From Ruminococcus sp. (GTDB taxonomy: Bacteria > Bacillota > Clostridia > Oscillospirales > Ruminococcaceae), in contig NZ_JAILMR010000007.1 of assembly GCF_024692365.1 (NCBI RefSeq), positions 121-64,120 of the forward strand: a stretch of 64,000 nt of DNA. Direction: 5' to 3'. Both the position numbers and the translations under genes were made by a program. Below the pieces are notes generated by a model. It did no database searches and was not told where the DNA came from. It was given only the letters and a program-made list of their open reading frames with translations. This document shows, piece by piece, positions 44,535-54,429 of this stretch. Each line of letters opens with the position of its first letter. Position 1 is the first letter of the stretch.

Positions 44535-45767
44535 CTATCTCTTTCTCGATCTTCCGTGTTCCTCGGCTTCCCCTGCCTTGAAGTTATATATCGGCTTGAT
44601 GATATCCTCTATCTCACAGGTATCGCCAATATTATTCACGATATCATCTATGCTCTTATACGCCATCGGGCTTTCATCTATGGTCGCGGAGCTTACCGAG
44701 GTGCTGTATATGCCTTTCATCTCCCTCTTGAACTCCGTAAGCGTCAGCTGAGCCTTTGCCGCTGAGCGCGACAGTATCCTGCCTGCGCCGTGGGGTGCGG
44801 AATAATTCCAGTCGGGATTGCCCTTACCTGTGCAGATAAGGCTGCCGTCACGCATATTTATGGGGATAAGCAAAACTTCTCCCGCCTGCGCCGACACCGC
44901 ACCCTTTCGCAGTATCATATTATCCGTATCGATGTAGTTGTGTATGGTCGTGAACTGCTCCTTTACGTGCAGGCTCATGCCGTCGATTATCTCGTCCATC
45001 ATCGCCTGACGGTTCAGCATGGCGAACTGCTGAACTATCTTCATATCATGTATATACTGCTCAAAAAGTTCACCCTCGGTATATGCAAGCTGCTTTGGAA
45101 CATCAGTGCGCTTGGTGTTTTTCAGCTTGGTTATCTCGGTCTGTATCTGCTTTTCCTTTCCCTCTTCTTTCAGCCGAGCTACAAGTTCATCGATATCGGG
45201 CTTTGCACAGCCGTTCAGGCGCTTGTATGCTTCCTCCTGATAGTACTTTGCAACTTCAAGCCCCAGATGACGGGAACCTGAGTGTATAACGATGTACACC
45301 CCGCCATCACTGCCCTTGTCAGCTTCGATGAAATGATTTCCTCCACCGAGAGAACCAAGGCTGTGTATCGCCTTATCGTGATCTATATGATCGTAGCAGT
45401 AAAGTTCGGTCAGGTCTATCTTGTTATTGAAGCGGTGGGGCTTTTTTCTTATATCGAAACCCGAGGGTATCTCGCGGTATATCAGCTTATCCAGCTGCTG
45501 TACTTCGATGTGCTTTTCTTTCAGCTTAACTGTTTCCATACCGCAGCCAATATCCACGCCCACAAGGTTAGGTACAGCCTTGTCGGTGATGGTCATGGTA
45601 GTGCCAACGGTACAGCCCGCACCCGCATGGACATCGGGCATTATGCGCACTCTCTGTCCCTCGGACATGGGCTGGTTCATAAGTTCTATAATTTGTGATA
45701 CGGCTGATTCATCGCATATATCGGTGAAAACCTTTGCAGTTCCGTACTTTCCATTTAGTTCAAACAT
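44535..45767 (-). CDS. rtcB: RNA-splicing ligase RtcB (3'-phosphate/5'-hydroxyl RNA ligase)
   Basis: Start at MFELNGKYGTAKVF behind AAAGGAG. It has MPDVHAGAGCTVG, GGGNHFIE and the catalytic SAPHGAGR. Confidence 0.9.
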   Translation of the reverse strand: MFELNGKYGTAKVFTDICDESAVSQIIELMNQPMSEGQRVRIMPDVHAGAGCTVGTTMTITDKAVPNLVGVDIGCGMETVKLKEKHIEVQQLDKLIYREIPSGFDIRKKPHRFNNKIDLTELYCYDHIDHDKAIHSLGSLGGGNHFIEADKGSDGGVYIVIHSGSRHLGLEVAKYYQEEAYKRLNGCAKPDIDELVARLKEEGKEKQIQTEITKLKNTKRTDVPKQLAYTEGELFEQYIHDMKIVQQFAMLNRQAMMDEIIDGMSLHVKEQFTTIHNYIDTDNMILRKGAVSAQAGEVLLIPINMRDGSLICTGKGNPDWNYSAPHGAGRILSRSAAKAQLTLTEFKREMKGIYSTSVSSATIDESPMAYKSIDDIVNNIGDTCEIEDIIKPIYNFKAGEAEEHGRSRKR

Positions 45768-45812
45768 ATTTATCTCCTTTGTGTCTGTCAATTATGTTAG
45801 CTGCCGGTGCAT

Positions 45813-45845
45813 AAAAAAAGGTGTGCTTCCATATGGAAACACACC
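45813..45845 (-). terminator. Strong intrinsic terminator inside the rtcB leader
   Basis: The minus strand reads GGTGTGTTTCCAT/ATGGAAGCACACC followed by TTTTTTT, ending 45 nt before the rtcB start codon. Confidence 0.8.
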
Positions 45846-45986
45846 ATGTATGCAAAAATTTACAGCTTAACGCTGACTGCACCGGCGAGTCCCCTGTTTT
45901 ATGAAATTGTTTTCAAAACTCTTAGTATATATCTTTTTCATCTGACTCACCGTCCTTTCATAGTTTTTATCTTTGTCCTGCTGACA
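45846..45986 (-). ncRNA. Candidate cis-regulatory leader or small RNA upstream of rtcB (contains a 24-codon ORF at 45867-45941)
   Basis: It is bounded by a consensus promoter and the terminator above. No separate promoter is visible between the terminator and rtcB. Confidence 0.4.
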
Positions 45987-45992
45987 TGGCTT

Positions 45993-46021
45993 ATTATACC
46001 CGAAGAAATAGGATTTGTCAA
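45993..46021 (-). promoter_or_regulatory. Consensus promoter of the rtcB leader (TTGACA-17-TATAAT)
   Basis: Minus-strand hexamers at 46021-46016 and 45998-45993. Confidence 0.65.
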
Positions 46022-46172
46022 TAGTTTACGATATAAATTTTTCTGCGAACCTGTGCTGACATCTGCAAAAGTATGAAATATCTATTCCGCAGGATAACTG
46101 CCAGCTGTCACAAACGCCTATTTTTCAACAAAAAACGCGGGAGCGTCACAGCTTTTTTGTGAGAATAAATAG

Positions 46173-46201
46173 TTGACAATAAAATGACGTTATGGTAATA
46201 T
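46173..46201 (+). promoter_or_regulatory. Promoter of the ABC-2 exporter genes (TTGACA-17-TGgTAATAT)
   Basis: TTGACA at 46173-46178 and TAATAT at 46196-46201. Confidence 0.6.
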
Positions 46202-46248
46202 ATATAAAGATGTTGTGCCGACAGGCATGACCGATCGAGAGGTAAAAT

Positions 46249-47034
46249 ATGTTTAAGGAACAGATAGAAACTTTCAAAAGATACCGATTTTTGCTGAGAG
46301 AATTAGTAAAAAAAGGTATCAAGCTGAAATACCGCCGTTCATATCTCGGCATTTTATGGACTCTGCTCGAACCACTGCTGACCACCTGTGTGCTCACTGT
46401 TGTTTTCGGGACATTCTTCGGTAAGGACGACAAGACCTTTCCGGTATACATACTTTCAGCGAGACTGCTGTACAGCTTTTTCTCAACGGGTACTAAATCC
46501 GCTATGAAGTCAATACGGCAGCACGCGGGCATGATAAAAAAGGTCTATGTGCCAAAATACATCTATCCGCTTTCGAGCGTGCTTTTCAACTTCGTTATAT
46601 TCGCGATATCGCTGATTGTACTTATCGGTGCAATGTTAGTGTTCAGAGTATTCCCGACGATATGGATCTTCACAGCTATAATACCGCTGATGATGCTTTT
46701 CCTGCTGACTCTCGGTGCCGGTATGATACTTTCCACCATGTCGGTATTCTTCCGTGATCTGGAATATCTATGGGACGTTGCGCTGATGCTTATAATGTAC
46801 ACCTGCGCTATATTCTACAAAGTTGAAACCGTTGCAAACAAGGGTCATGGCTGGATATTCAAGCTGAATCCCCTGTATGCGATAATCAAGGATTTCAGAG
46901 CAGCTATTTACGGTCAGAATATGTTCGCTTCTCCTGCATGGGTGATAATGCCCGCGGCAGTAAGTGTGCTTTCGGTACTTGTTGGTGTAGCGTTGTTCAA
47001 GAAACATCAGGATAATTTTATTCTTCATATATAA
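46249..47034 (+). CDS. ABC-2 type polysaccharide/teichoic-acid export permease (TagG-like)
   Basis: 261 aa with six TM helices. The N-terminus RFLLRELVKKGIKLKYRRSYLGILWTLLEP is the ABC-2 signature region. Confidence 0.85.
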   Translation: MFKEQIETFKRYRFLLRELVKKGIKLKYRRSYLGILWTLLEPLLTTCVLTVVFGTFFGKDDKTFPVYILSARLLYSFFSTGTKSAMKSIRQHAGMIKKVYVPKYIYPLSSVLFNFVIFAISLIVLIGAMLVFRVFPTIWIFTAIIPLMMLFLLTLGAGMILSTMSVFFRDLEYLWDVALMLIMYTCAIFYKVETVANKGHGWIFKLNPLYAIIKDFRAAIYGQNMFASPAWVIMPAAVSVLSVLVGVALFKKHQDNFILHI

Positions 47035-47087
47035 AAACATCTGCCCTTCCTGTTGATACAGGGAGGGCTTAATGAAAGGAAAACTAA

Positions 47088-47825
47088 ATGTCTAATTATG
47101 CTATAGAAGTCAAGAACGTCGGCATGAAGTTCAACCTCAGCCAGGAAAAACTTGACAGCCTTAAAGAATACGTGATAAAGATGCTGAAAGGTCAGCTGAA
47201 ATACAACGAATTCTGGGCTCTCAAAAATGTGGATTTCAAAGTTGAAAAGGGTGACCGCGTGGGTATACTGGGTCTGAACGGCGCAGGAAAAAGTACTCTG
47301 CTGAAAGTCATCGCAGGCGTTTTCAAGCCTACCGAGGGCGAAGTTGTAAGGCACGGCAGGATCGTTCCTCTGCTTGAACTTGGTGCGGGTTTCGATTCAC
47401 AGTACACAGGGGCTGAAAACATCTACCTTTACAGCGCGGTGCTGGGCTATTCAAAGGAATTCGTTGACAAGAAGTTTGATGAGATAGTAAAGTTCGCAGA
47501 GCTGGAAAAGTTCATCGATGTACCGATAAAGAACTATTCATCAGGTATGAAAACAAGGCTGGGTTTTGCAATAGCAACCCAGATAGAGCCCGATATACTG
47601 ATACTTGACGAAGTACTTTCAGTCGGCGATGCAAAATTCCGTAAAAAGAGCGAAGCCAAGATAATGAGTATGTTCAAGTCAAACGTGACGGTGCTGTTTG
47701 TATCCCACTCCCTTGATCAGGTAAAGAGGATATGCAACAAAGCCATACTCCTTGAACACGGCGAACTCATCGCGGCAGGCGATATCGACGAAGTCGCTGC
47801 TATCTATCAGGAAAAAACAAAATAA
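47088..47825 (+). CDS. Polysaccharide/teichoic-acid export ATP-binding protein (TagH-like)
   Basis: 245 aa with Walker A GLNGAGKST, signature YSSGMKTRL and Walker B ILILDEVLS. Confidence 0.88.
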   Translation: MSNYAIEVKNVGMKFNLSQEKLDSLKEYVIKMLKGQLKYNEFWALKNVDFKVEKGDRVGILGLNGAGKSTLLKVIAGVFKPTEGEVVRHGRIVPLLELGAGFDSQYTGAENIYLYSAVLGYSKEFVDKKFDEIVKFAELEKFIDVPIKNYSSGMKTRLGFAIATQIEPDILILDEVLSVGDAKFRKKSEAKIMSMFKSNVTVLFVSHSLDQVKRICNKAILLEHGELIAAGDIDEVAAIYQEKTK

Positions 47826-47831
47826 TACAGC

Positions 47832-47863
47832 AAAGGCACTTCCAGCAAAAGGAAGTGCCTTTT
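47832..47863. terminator. Bidirectional terminator
   Basis: AAAGGCACTTCC-loop-GGAAGTGCCTTTT. Confidence 0.8.
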
Positions 47864-47870
47864 ATCATGC

Positions 47871-48431
47871 TCAATATACGCCGTCGTTTCTCAAACAGCT
47901 CCAGATGGTCACGTCTATCAGTTCTCCCCTGCATCTTTCATACTGGCGCAGGGTACCCTCGTTGACGAAACCCAGTTTATCCAGAAGTTTCATGGAAGCC
48001 ACGTTGGGGATCTCAACAAATGCTTCAACACGGTTGATATCCGTCTTTGTGAAAATATATTTCATTATCGCCTCGACCGCCTCGGACATTATACCCATGC
48101 CCCAGCGGTCACGCCTGAGTTCATAGCCTACCTCAGCCTTTTTGTTTGTCTCCGAGATACAGAAAAATCCGCAGGTGCCTATCAGTTTTCCGCTTGATTT
48201 TTCTTCGATACCCCACCTGACCATCTTTCTGTCTGCAAGGCAGTCAATAAACATCTTCGCCAGCTCGTCAGCTTCCTCGCGGCTTTTCAGCGGCAGTCTG
48301 TCGTAGTACTTCATGACCTGTTTGTCCGAGAAAATCTCGTAAAGATCATCCGCATCATCTGCGGTTATGGGTCGGAGCAGAACTCTCTCCAGGTCCATCG
48401 ACAATGGTTCATCAAAAATATCGGTTATCAT
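47871..48431 (-). CDS. GNAT-family N-acetyltransferase (RimJ/RimL-like)
   Basis: Start at MITDIF behind AAGGAG. It has LRPITADDADDLYEIFSD and a GNAT core region (RWGMGIMSEAV). Confidence 0.8.
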   Translation of the reverse strand: MITDIFDEPLSMDLERVLLRPITADDADDLYEIFSDKQVMKYYDRLPLKSREEADELAKMFIDCLADRKMVRWGIEEKSSGKLIGTCGFFCISETNKKAEVGYELRRDRWGMGIMSEAVEAIMKYIFTKTDINRVEAFVEIPNVASMKLLDKLGFVNEGTLRQYERCRGELIDVTIWSCLRNDGVY

Positions 48432-48753
48432 GCTGTCTCCTTTTCTGTCTAATGTTACACTAATACCGAATGTTCTTGTCACGATGCACAGGCGAATGCC
48501 CGCACACGTCTTTTCCGTTTTTTCTTTCTGTTTTGGGTATCGAGTATTCTCTGATACCTATTGCCATTATATATCATGAAAAGTAAATTGTCAATATATG
48601 TAGTTAATTTTGATACGAGAATGTTAAATATGTACAATTTCATACATCAATTCAGGTCATTTCGCCAAAGGATATTCTAATATATAAATATATTTATGTG
48701 AAAGAAAAGCGCCTTACAAAAGTAAGACGCTCAAAACATGAAATTTCGTCATT

Positions 48754-49248
48754 TCAGTAATAGCTGTTTTTTCTGATAATAGTCCAAGCTGTGAAATAAA
48801 CTGCAATGCAGCAGGCGACTATAGCACCAAAGAGCGCACCTGTGGAGTCAATGAGAACATCGCGCATCATTCCCGCACGTCCGGGTACGAATGTCTGATG
48901 ATATTCATCCGTGCAAGCGTATAATGCAGCAGCCGCAACAGAACAGAGAAGTCTCAGAATCCGGTTGTGGATACCGTAAAATGCAGAAAAAGCAAGTCCC
49001 GCCAATAAGGCATATTCCGAAAAATGAGCGCCCTTTCTGACCAGGATCGTCAGCAACGAGTAAACAGCTGCCTGTTCGGATATGGGCTTTTTATCAAAAT
49101 CGGTGAAGAGAAAATGGATGATCTTCATAACGAGAGTTCTGCTTTGATTTGACGAATCGGTTGCAGGTGATGAAGAAAAAACAAATATCACCGTACACAT
49201 CGCTATCAAAATCGCCCATCTGAAGAAGTTGAATAATTTACTGTCCAT
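48754..49248 (-). CDS. VanZ-family membrane protein
   Basis: 164 aa with RKGAHFSEYALL and DEYHQTFVPGRAGMMRDVLIDSTG motifs. Confidence 0.8.
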   Translation of the reverse strand: MDSKLFNFFRWAILIAMCTVIFVFSSSPATDSSNQSRTLVMKIIHFLFTDFDKKPISEQAAVYSLLTILVRKGAHFSEYALLAGLAFSAFYGIHNRILRLLCSVAAAALYACTDEYHQTFVPGRAGMMRDVLIDSTGALFGAIVACCIAVYFTAWTIIRKNSYY

Positions 49249-50576
49249 TAAACTTCCCTCCTTACAAATGCGAGAAGTGCCTCGCGCTCGTTCTCGATCT
49301 CCTCTTCTATCACCGCATCAAGTGCGGCGTTCAATGCTATTTTTATGTCTGCTCCCTTAAATCCCAGGGCTATCAGATCATGACCGTTTATTGCGAGATC
49401 GCCAGTCTTTAAACAGCACATCTCCTCTTTGATCTCAGCACCTAGTTTCGCAAGCTGATCCAATTCAGCCAGCTTTTCCTCGCGCATATAATCCGACTGC
49501 GCCAGAGTATCAGCCCTGCGGACTTTGAGCCAGTCCTCAAAAAAGTCATAGTCATATTTTGCTAAGAAACGCTTGACGGTGCGGCGCTTCGGGAAGATAC
49601 GGTTATCATGTTCAAGCACCAGAGATGTCACTCTTTTGAGGGTCTTGTTGGAACATTTCAGGCGCATCAGAACTTCCTCTGCGATATCTCTGCTGCTAAG
49701 CTGATGAAGCTTGAAATGATCGACACCATTCTCATCAGTGACCTTTTTCTGCGGCTTGCCGATATCGTGAAACAGCATAACAAGGCGCAGATCTTCGTCA
49801 CACTCGATTTTTTCTATACTGCGGCAGATATGCTCATAGACGGTATAACAATGATGGATATTGTGCTGTTCACAGCCGATACAGGGAAGAATTTCGGGAA
49901 GTATCACGCCAATTATGTCAGAATATTCCAACATTATCCTGCAAACCGCTTTGCCGCAGAGAAGCTTTTTAAGTTCGGAAAAGATACGTTCAGCAGAAAT
50001 TGCTTTCAGCAGATAGGATTTTTTGCGCATTGCGGCAGCTGTATTTTCTTCTATTTCAAAGTCCAGAACAGATGCAAATCTCAGCGCGCGCATGATGCGA
50101 AGCGCATCCTCATCGAATCTGTCCTCGGCTATACCTACACATCTGATAACGCGTTCTTCGAGGTCGTTCTTGCCATCGAAGAGATCAACTGTCCCATCAT
50201 TCGGATTGAAACACATTGCGTTAACTGTAAAGTCACGGCGTTTCAGATCTTCGCAAAGCTCAGTTTCAAATTTTACAGAATCCGGTCTTCTGTGATCGGT
50301 ATACTCGCCGTCACTGCGATAAGTTGTAACTTCGACAGGCATATGCTCAGACATCACAGTCAGTGTGCCATGCTTCAGACCTGTTTTTATCGTATGAAAT
50401 CCGCTAAATATCTCGACCATTCTCTCGGGGGTACAGTTTGTGCATACGTCGTAATCATGGGGTTCCTTGCCCATCATGGCGTCCCTTACACAGCCCCCGA
50501 CGATATAGGCTTCATATCCGTTTTTTTCAAGAATATCTATCACCGCAGCTACGTATCGCGGTATTTTTATATCCAT
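49248..50576 (-). CDS. cca: CCA-adding tRNA nucleotidyltransferase (PolyA polymerase-head plus HD domain)
   Basis: 442 aa with GGCVRDAMMGKEPHDYDV, RDFTVNAM and an HD region (LFHDIGKP). Confidence 0.88.
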   Translation of the reverse strand: MDIKIPRYVAAVIDILEKNGYEAYIVGGCVRDAMMGKEPHDYDVCTNCTPERMVEIFSGFHTIKTGLKHGTLTVMSEHMPVEVTTYRSDGEYTDHRRPDSVKFETELCEDLKRRDFTVNAMCFNPNDGTVDLFDGKNDLEERVIRCVGIAEDRFDEDALRIMRALRFASVLDFEIEENTAAAMRKKSYLLKAISAERIFSELKKLLCGKAVCRIMLEYSDIIGVILPEILPCIGCEQHNIHHCYTVYEHICRSIEKIECDEDLRLVMLFHDIGKPQKKVTDENGVDHFKLHQLSSRDIAEEVLMRLKCSNKTLKRVTSLVLEHDNRIFPKRRTVKRFLAKYDYDFFEDWLKVRRADTLAQSDYMREEKLAELDQLAKLGAEIKEEMCCLKTGDLAINGHDLIALGFKGADIKIALNAALDAVIEEEIENEREALLAFVRREV

Positions 50577-50671
50577 AAATCCTCCCTGTTAAATCAACTA
50601 TCCTGTTCTCCACATCAGCAATTTTTGACTATTATCTAATCACAATTTTCGGTGATCTCTAGTCTCGCAAT

Positions 50672-52780
50672 TTATGACTGTTCTTCTATAAGAAACAGAC
50701 GCGCCATATTTGGTCTGCCAAATCTGACAGTAAGTGTCCTGTTATTTGGATTATAAGCATATTTTTCCTCGTTGTACGAGGGATAAATGCAGCTGACTTT
50801 CGCATCATTGAAATCACTTTTTATCGGAATAACGCAGTTTTCCGAACCCTCTCTGTGCCAGATTGCAAGATATATCCGTTTATCGCACCTAAGCCCTAGC
50901 ACAGACCAGTTGTCCGAAAATTCAGACACTCCCAGCGGGTAAAAAGGAATTGCCTTTGCGATATCACCGCGGATTGATTTGTACACCTCGATGCCCTCTT
51001 TTACAAGAGCCTTTCTTTCCGTTTCTAAGCGAGCTAAGTGTCCGCTTTGATGTACACGTAAGAGCATTGCATTCACCATATTGAAAACAACTTCTTCCCT
51101 GTCTCCAGTATCAAGCGGATATGACCATACAGCCGCCTGTTCGGGACACACAGCTGTCGGTGCATTCGCGGCGATAGTGGCGTATCTGCGGTTATCGTCC
51201 TGATCGGAGGTCGATTGGATCGAACATCTTGAAAGCAGAGCGTAGTCCATTCGCAGTCCGCCGCTGGAGCAATTTTCGACTATCAGCTTCGGATGACGTT
51301 CAAAAATGCCGTCAAGCCACGCTAAATAGGCTCTTTCGTGTTCCAGCAGACCATCACCGAAGCTATCAGCATCGGTTTCTGTTCCGATGCCCGGTTCGAT
51401 ATTGTAGTCCATTTTTATGTACCCTACACCATACTCATTTATCAGTCTGTCAACCACTGCATCACAATGCTCCCGCACCGCAGGTACGCGGAAATCAAGC
51501 TGATAACGACTTCTGTCAAACACTCTTTTGCCATGTCTGACGAAGAACCATTCATCGGGAAGTTTATCCGCCATGGGGCATTTTATACCCATGACTTCTA
51601 TCTCCAACCACACGCCCGGGATCATACCTTTTTTGCGGATGTAGTCAGTGACTTCACGTAGTCCGTTTGGAAATCTCTTCCTGCTTTCCTGCCACTCTCC
51701 GACCCAGTCCCACCAGACTCCATCAGCATACCAGCCTGCATCTATACAAAAATATTCGCATCCGACTTCAGCTGCTGCATCGATAAGCGGAAGCTCTTTT
51801 TCGGTTGTCGGGTCAGCCCAAAGGCAGTTCATATAGTCATTGAATATCACGGGAAGTTTCGCATTATCGCGATTTTTGCGTCTTATAAGACGCCTGTACT
51901 TCGTCATTTCAGCAACTGCTTCATCGAATCCGCCGTCAACCGCGCACACTCCGCAATATACAGATCTGAAACTCTCGCCGGGCTTCAACGTCTTCGACCA
52001 GTGTGACTCGATCTCCGATGGTCCCGAAAGCTGTAGGTACAAATGCCCTTCGCGGTCGGAGATCTCCCAGTGCCACGAGCCGTTGTGCTCGATCTGCCAC
52101 ATCAGCGCCGCACCAACCTCAGTGTTCTCGAAATATCCCATCGGGATATACTCCTTGGACGACCAGTTGCCCACGTTCGTCACGCCAAGAACCTTCGATG
52201 AATGCTGCCATTCTGCGGGCTGAGACTGCCCCAGACCAACCTGTTCAAGGCTGTAAAACTGCCATTGCAGCTCTCTTTGCCATGAGTTGTGACATATCCC
52301 TATACGAACTTTTTCGTCCTGCGGCAGCAGACCCTCTTTCTCGATGCCTGTCAGCGAGAATGATGAAACATACTCTAAAGTCCAATTTTCAGTACCACAA
52401 TTATTGACATCTGTCCACACCCTCACAGCGCGTGTGCCTGTGTAGAACTGCATATGCGATACAGTTTCAAGACCTGTTTCTTCATCAAAACAGACTATCT
52501 CCAGCTTGCGTCCCAGAGAGTTGTTAGTATCTTTAAAATCCTTATATTTCAGTCGATACCCCGGTGTCGTTATGATATACTTATTACCATGACGCTCACC
52601 TGGTCTGTCAAGTCCGCTGACCTGCAATTCCACCAAACTGAAGCCTGTATTTCCTGTTCTCGATGTCATTGTGCTTTCATCAAAAGGCAGCGTCGAAAAA
52701 TGCAGGAGCTTAATCATCTTTTCATCAGTTATCTCAAAAACGACGTTTATGCCGTTTTCAAATATTTGTATTCTCTTCAT
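50672..52780 (-). CDS. Alpha-galactosidase, glycoside hydrolase family 36
   Basis: Start at MKRIQIFENG. It has CIDAGWY, the YIKMDYN nucleophile region and CSSGGLRMD, all typical of GH36. Confidence 0.8.
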   Translation of the reverse strand: MKRIQIFENGINVVFEITDEKMIKLLHFSTLPFDESTMTSRTGNTGFSLVELQVSGLDRPGERHGNKYIITTPGYRLKYKDFKDTNNSLGRKLEIVCFDEETGLETVSHMQFYTGTRAVRVWTDVNNCGTENWTLEYVSSFSLTGIEKEGLLPQDEKVRIGICHNSWQRELQWQFYSLEQVGLGQSQPAEWQHSSKVLGVTNVGNWSSKEYIPMGYFENTEVGAALMWQIEHNGSWHWEISDREGHLYLQLSGPSEIESHWSKTLKPGESFRSVYCGVCAVDGGFDEAVAEMTKYRRLIRRKNRDNAKLPVIFNDYMNCLWADPTTEKELPLIDAAAEVGCEYFCIDAGWYADGVWWDWVGEWQESRKRFPNGLREVTDYIRKKGMIPGVWLEIEVMGIKCPMADKLPDEWFFVRHGKRVFDRSRYQLDFRVPAVREHCDAVVDRLINEYGVGYIKMDYNIEPGIGTETDADSFGDGLLEHERAYLAWLDGIFERHPKLIVENCSSGGLRMDYALLSRCSIQSTSDQDDNRRYATIAANAPTAVCPEQAAVWSYPLDTGDREEVVFNMVNAMLLRVHQSGHLARLETERKALVKEGIEVYKSIRGDIAKAIPFYPLGVSEFSDNWSVLGLRCDKRIYLAIWHREGSENCVIPIKSDFNDAKVSCIYPSYNEEKYAYNPNNRTLTVRFGRPNMARLFLIEEQS

Positions 52781-52790
52781 TGTCCTGCCT

Positions 52791-53981
52791 TTACAGATCA
52801 CGAAGCTTGTCAAGTATCTTGTGCGCAGCTTCTTCCTTTGACATCAGTGGCATTTCATCAGCGCCGTCTTTTGTTATCATAGTGATGACATTTGTATCAA
52901 CGCCGAAGCCCGCGCCCTCTGTCCTCAGAGAATTAGCGCATATCATATCGCAATTTTTGCTGTGAAGTTTTTGGGACGAATTTTCAATAACATTCTCCGT
53001 TTCCATGGAGAATCCGCATATCTTCTGACCCTCGCGCTTGTGTTCGCCAAGGTATTTGAGGATATCCTTCGTCCTTTTCAGCTCGATACACATATCATTA
53101 TCGGACTTTTTCAGCTTGTTGTCAGCCGTTGTCGTTGGAGTATAATCCGCCACCGCTGCAGCTTTGATGATAAAGTCCTGTTTATCGGACAGCTGTGTCA
53201 CTGCATTGAACATATCCTCAGCGCTTTCAACAGGCACATAGTTCACGAAAGGTGGCAGCTGCGCCTCGGTATGACCCGCAACGAGAGTTACCTCAGCACC
53301 GCGAAGCATCGCAGCTTTCGCCACGGCTATGCCCATTTTTCCGCTTGAATGGTTTGTGATAAAGCGCACAGGGTCGATGGATTCACGGGTCGCACCCGCC
53401 GTCACAAGCACCCGCTTGCCCGCAAGATCTTTCTCGCAGGCTATCTCACGCAGGATATACTCGTAAAGCACCTCGGGCTCGGGCATTCTGCCGTCACCGC
53501 TGTCACCGTTTGCCAGCATACCGCTGTCGGGCTCGACTATCTTATACCCGAATCTGCGCAGTTTTTCGATATTATCCTGAACAATCGGGTTATGGAACAT
53601 ATTGTGATTCATCGCAGGTGAGACAATTTTTGTACAGGTGCAAGCCATCACGGTGGTAGTAAGCATATCGTTCGCGATACCCGAAGCCACCTTGCCTATG
53701 ACATTAGCCGAAGCGGGCGCTATCAGCACAACATCAGCCTTTTTCGCCAAAGCAACGTGCTCTACCGAATACTGGAAATTCCTGTCAAAAGTTTCCACCA
53801 GACACTTGTGCCCCAGCAGACTTTCAAAAGTTATGGGATTTATAAAATTGCACGCATTCGGGGTCATGAGTATCTCCACATCAGCCCCCTGTTTTTTCAG
53901 CATACGCGCAAGATTTGGTATTTTGTAAGCGGCAATCGAGCCTGTAACGCCGATGACCACGCATTTTCCGTCAAGTAACAT
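52791..53981 (-). CDS. coaBC: Bifunctional phosphopantothenoylcysteine decarboxylase / phosphopantothenate-cysteine ligase
   Basis: Start at MLLDGKCVVIGVTGSIAAYK behind AAAGGAG. A flavoprotein N-domain is followed by a CoaB domain (ITNHSSGKMG). Confidence 0.9.
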   Translation of the reverse strand: MLLDGKCVVIGVTGSIAAYKIPNLARMLKKQGADVEILMTPNACNFINPITFESLLGHKCLVETFDRNFQYSVEHVALAKKADVVLIAPASANVIGKVASGIANDMLTTTVMACTCTKIVSPAMNHNMFHNPIVQDNIEKLRRFGYKIVEPDSGMLANGDSGDGRMPEPEVLYEYILREIACEKDLAGKRVLVTAGATRESIDPVRFITNHSSGKMGIAVAKAAMLRGAEVTLVAGHTEAQLPPFVNYVPVESAEDMFNAVTQLSDKQDFIIKAAAVADYTPTTTADNKLKKSDNDMCIELKRTKDILKYLGEHKREGQKICGFSMETENVIENSSQKLHSKNCDMICANSLRTEGAGFGVDTNVITMITKDGADEMPLMSKEEAAHKILDKLRDL

Positions 53982-54025
53982 GAAAAATCTCCTTTCACTC
54001 CGCTTCACGCCATATATTGTTTATT

Positions 54026-54054
54026 ATTATAACACATTTTTATTTTTTTAGCAA
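54026..54054 (-). promoter_or_regulatory. Promoter of coaBC (TTGCTA-17-TGtTATAAT)
   Basis: Minus-strand hexamers at 54054-54049 and 54031-54026. Confidence 0.55.
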
Positions 54055-54429
54055 TAGAGAACAAACAGACATTTTGTCGGTAGCTTAATTTCTCTATATT
54101 TCTTAATTAACATCATCGGTTAATACAACATTTTCTTTTAATATTTTCGGATTATTGTTCTTATCTTTTCTCTCACCGTAACGTTTTCTCTTATCTACTT
54201 CAACAATATAAATATACAGTTAACATTAAGCGATTTTCCTATCGCTGAAACTCTCCACATTAAACCTGCATCCTGTCATATTACACAAAGTATAACATTT
54301 ACATTTGTATATGTCAATATTATCCTGTTATTTCTCTTATATTTATAAGGTTAATTAACATTTATCAATCAAAATAACCAAATCGCACCACAATTTTGGA
54401 CACCGACTATAATGATTTCCTTACTTTCG

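Noticed and set aside
49608-50639. 343-aa plus-strand ORF antisense to cca; similar long antisense ORFs at 8140-8736, 11048-11692, 15193-15855, 17451-18026, 26939-27547 and 38929-39687, plus the same-strand alternative-frame ORF at 38422-39141 within spmB
   Set aside because: Each lies on the opposite strand or in an alternative frame within a gene that has clear family motifs. All lack RBSs and show skewed low-complexity composition.
52780-52813. Overlap of the GH36 gene with coaBC implied by the track start at 52813
   Set aside because: The ATG at 52780 (MKRIQIFENG) follows the coaBC stop by 10 nt and has an AAAGGCAGGA RBS. The upstream extension is probably not translated.
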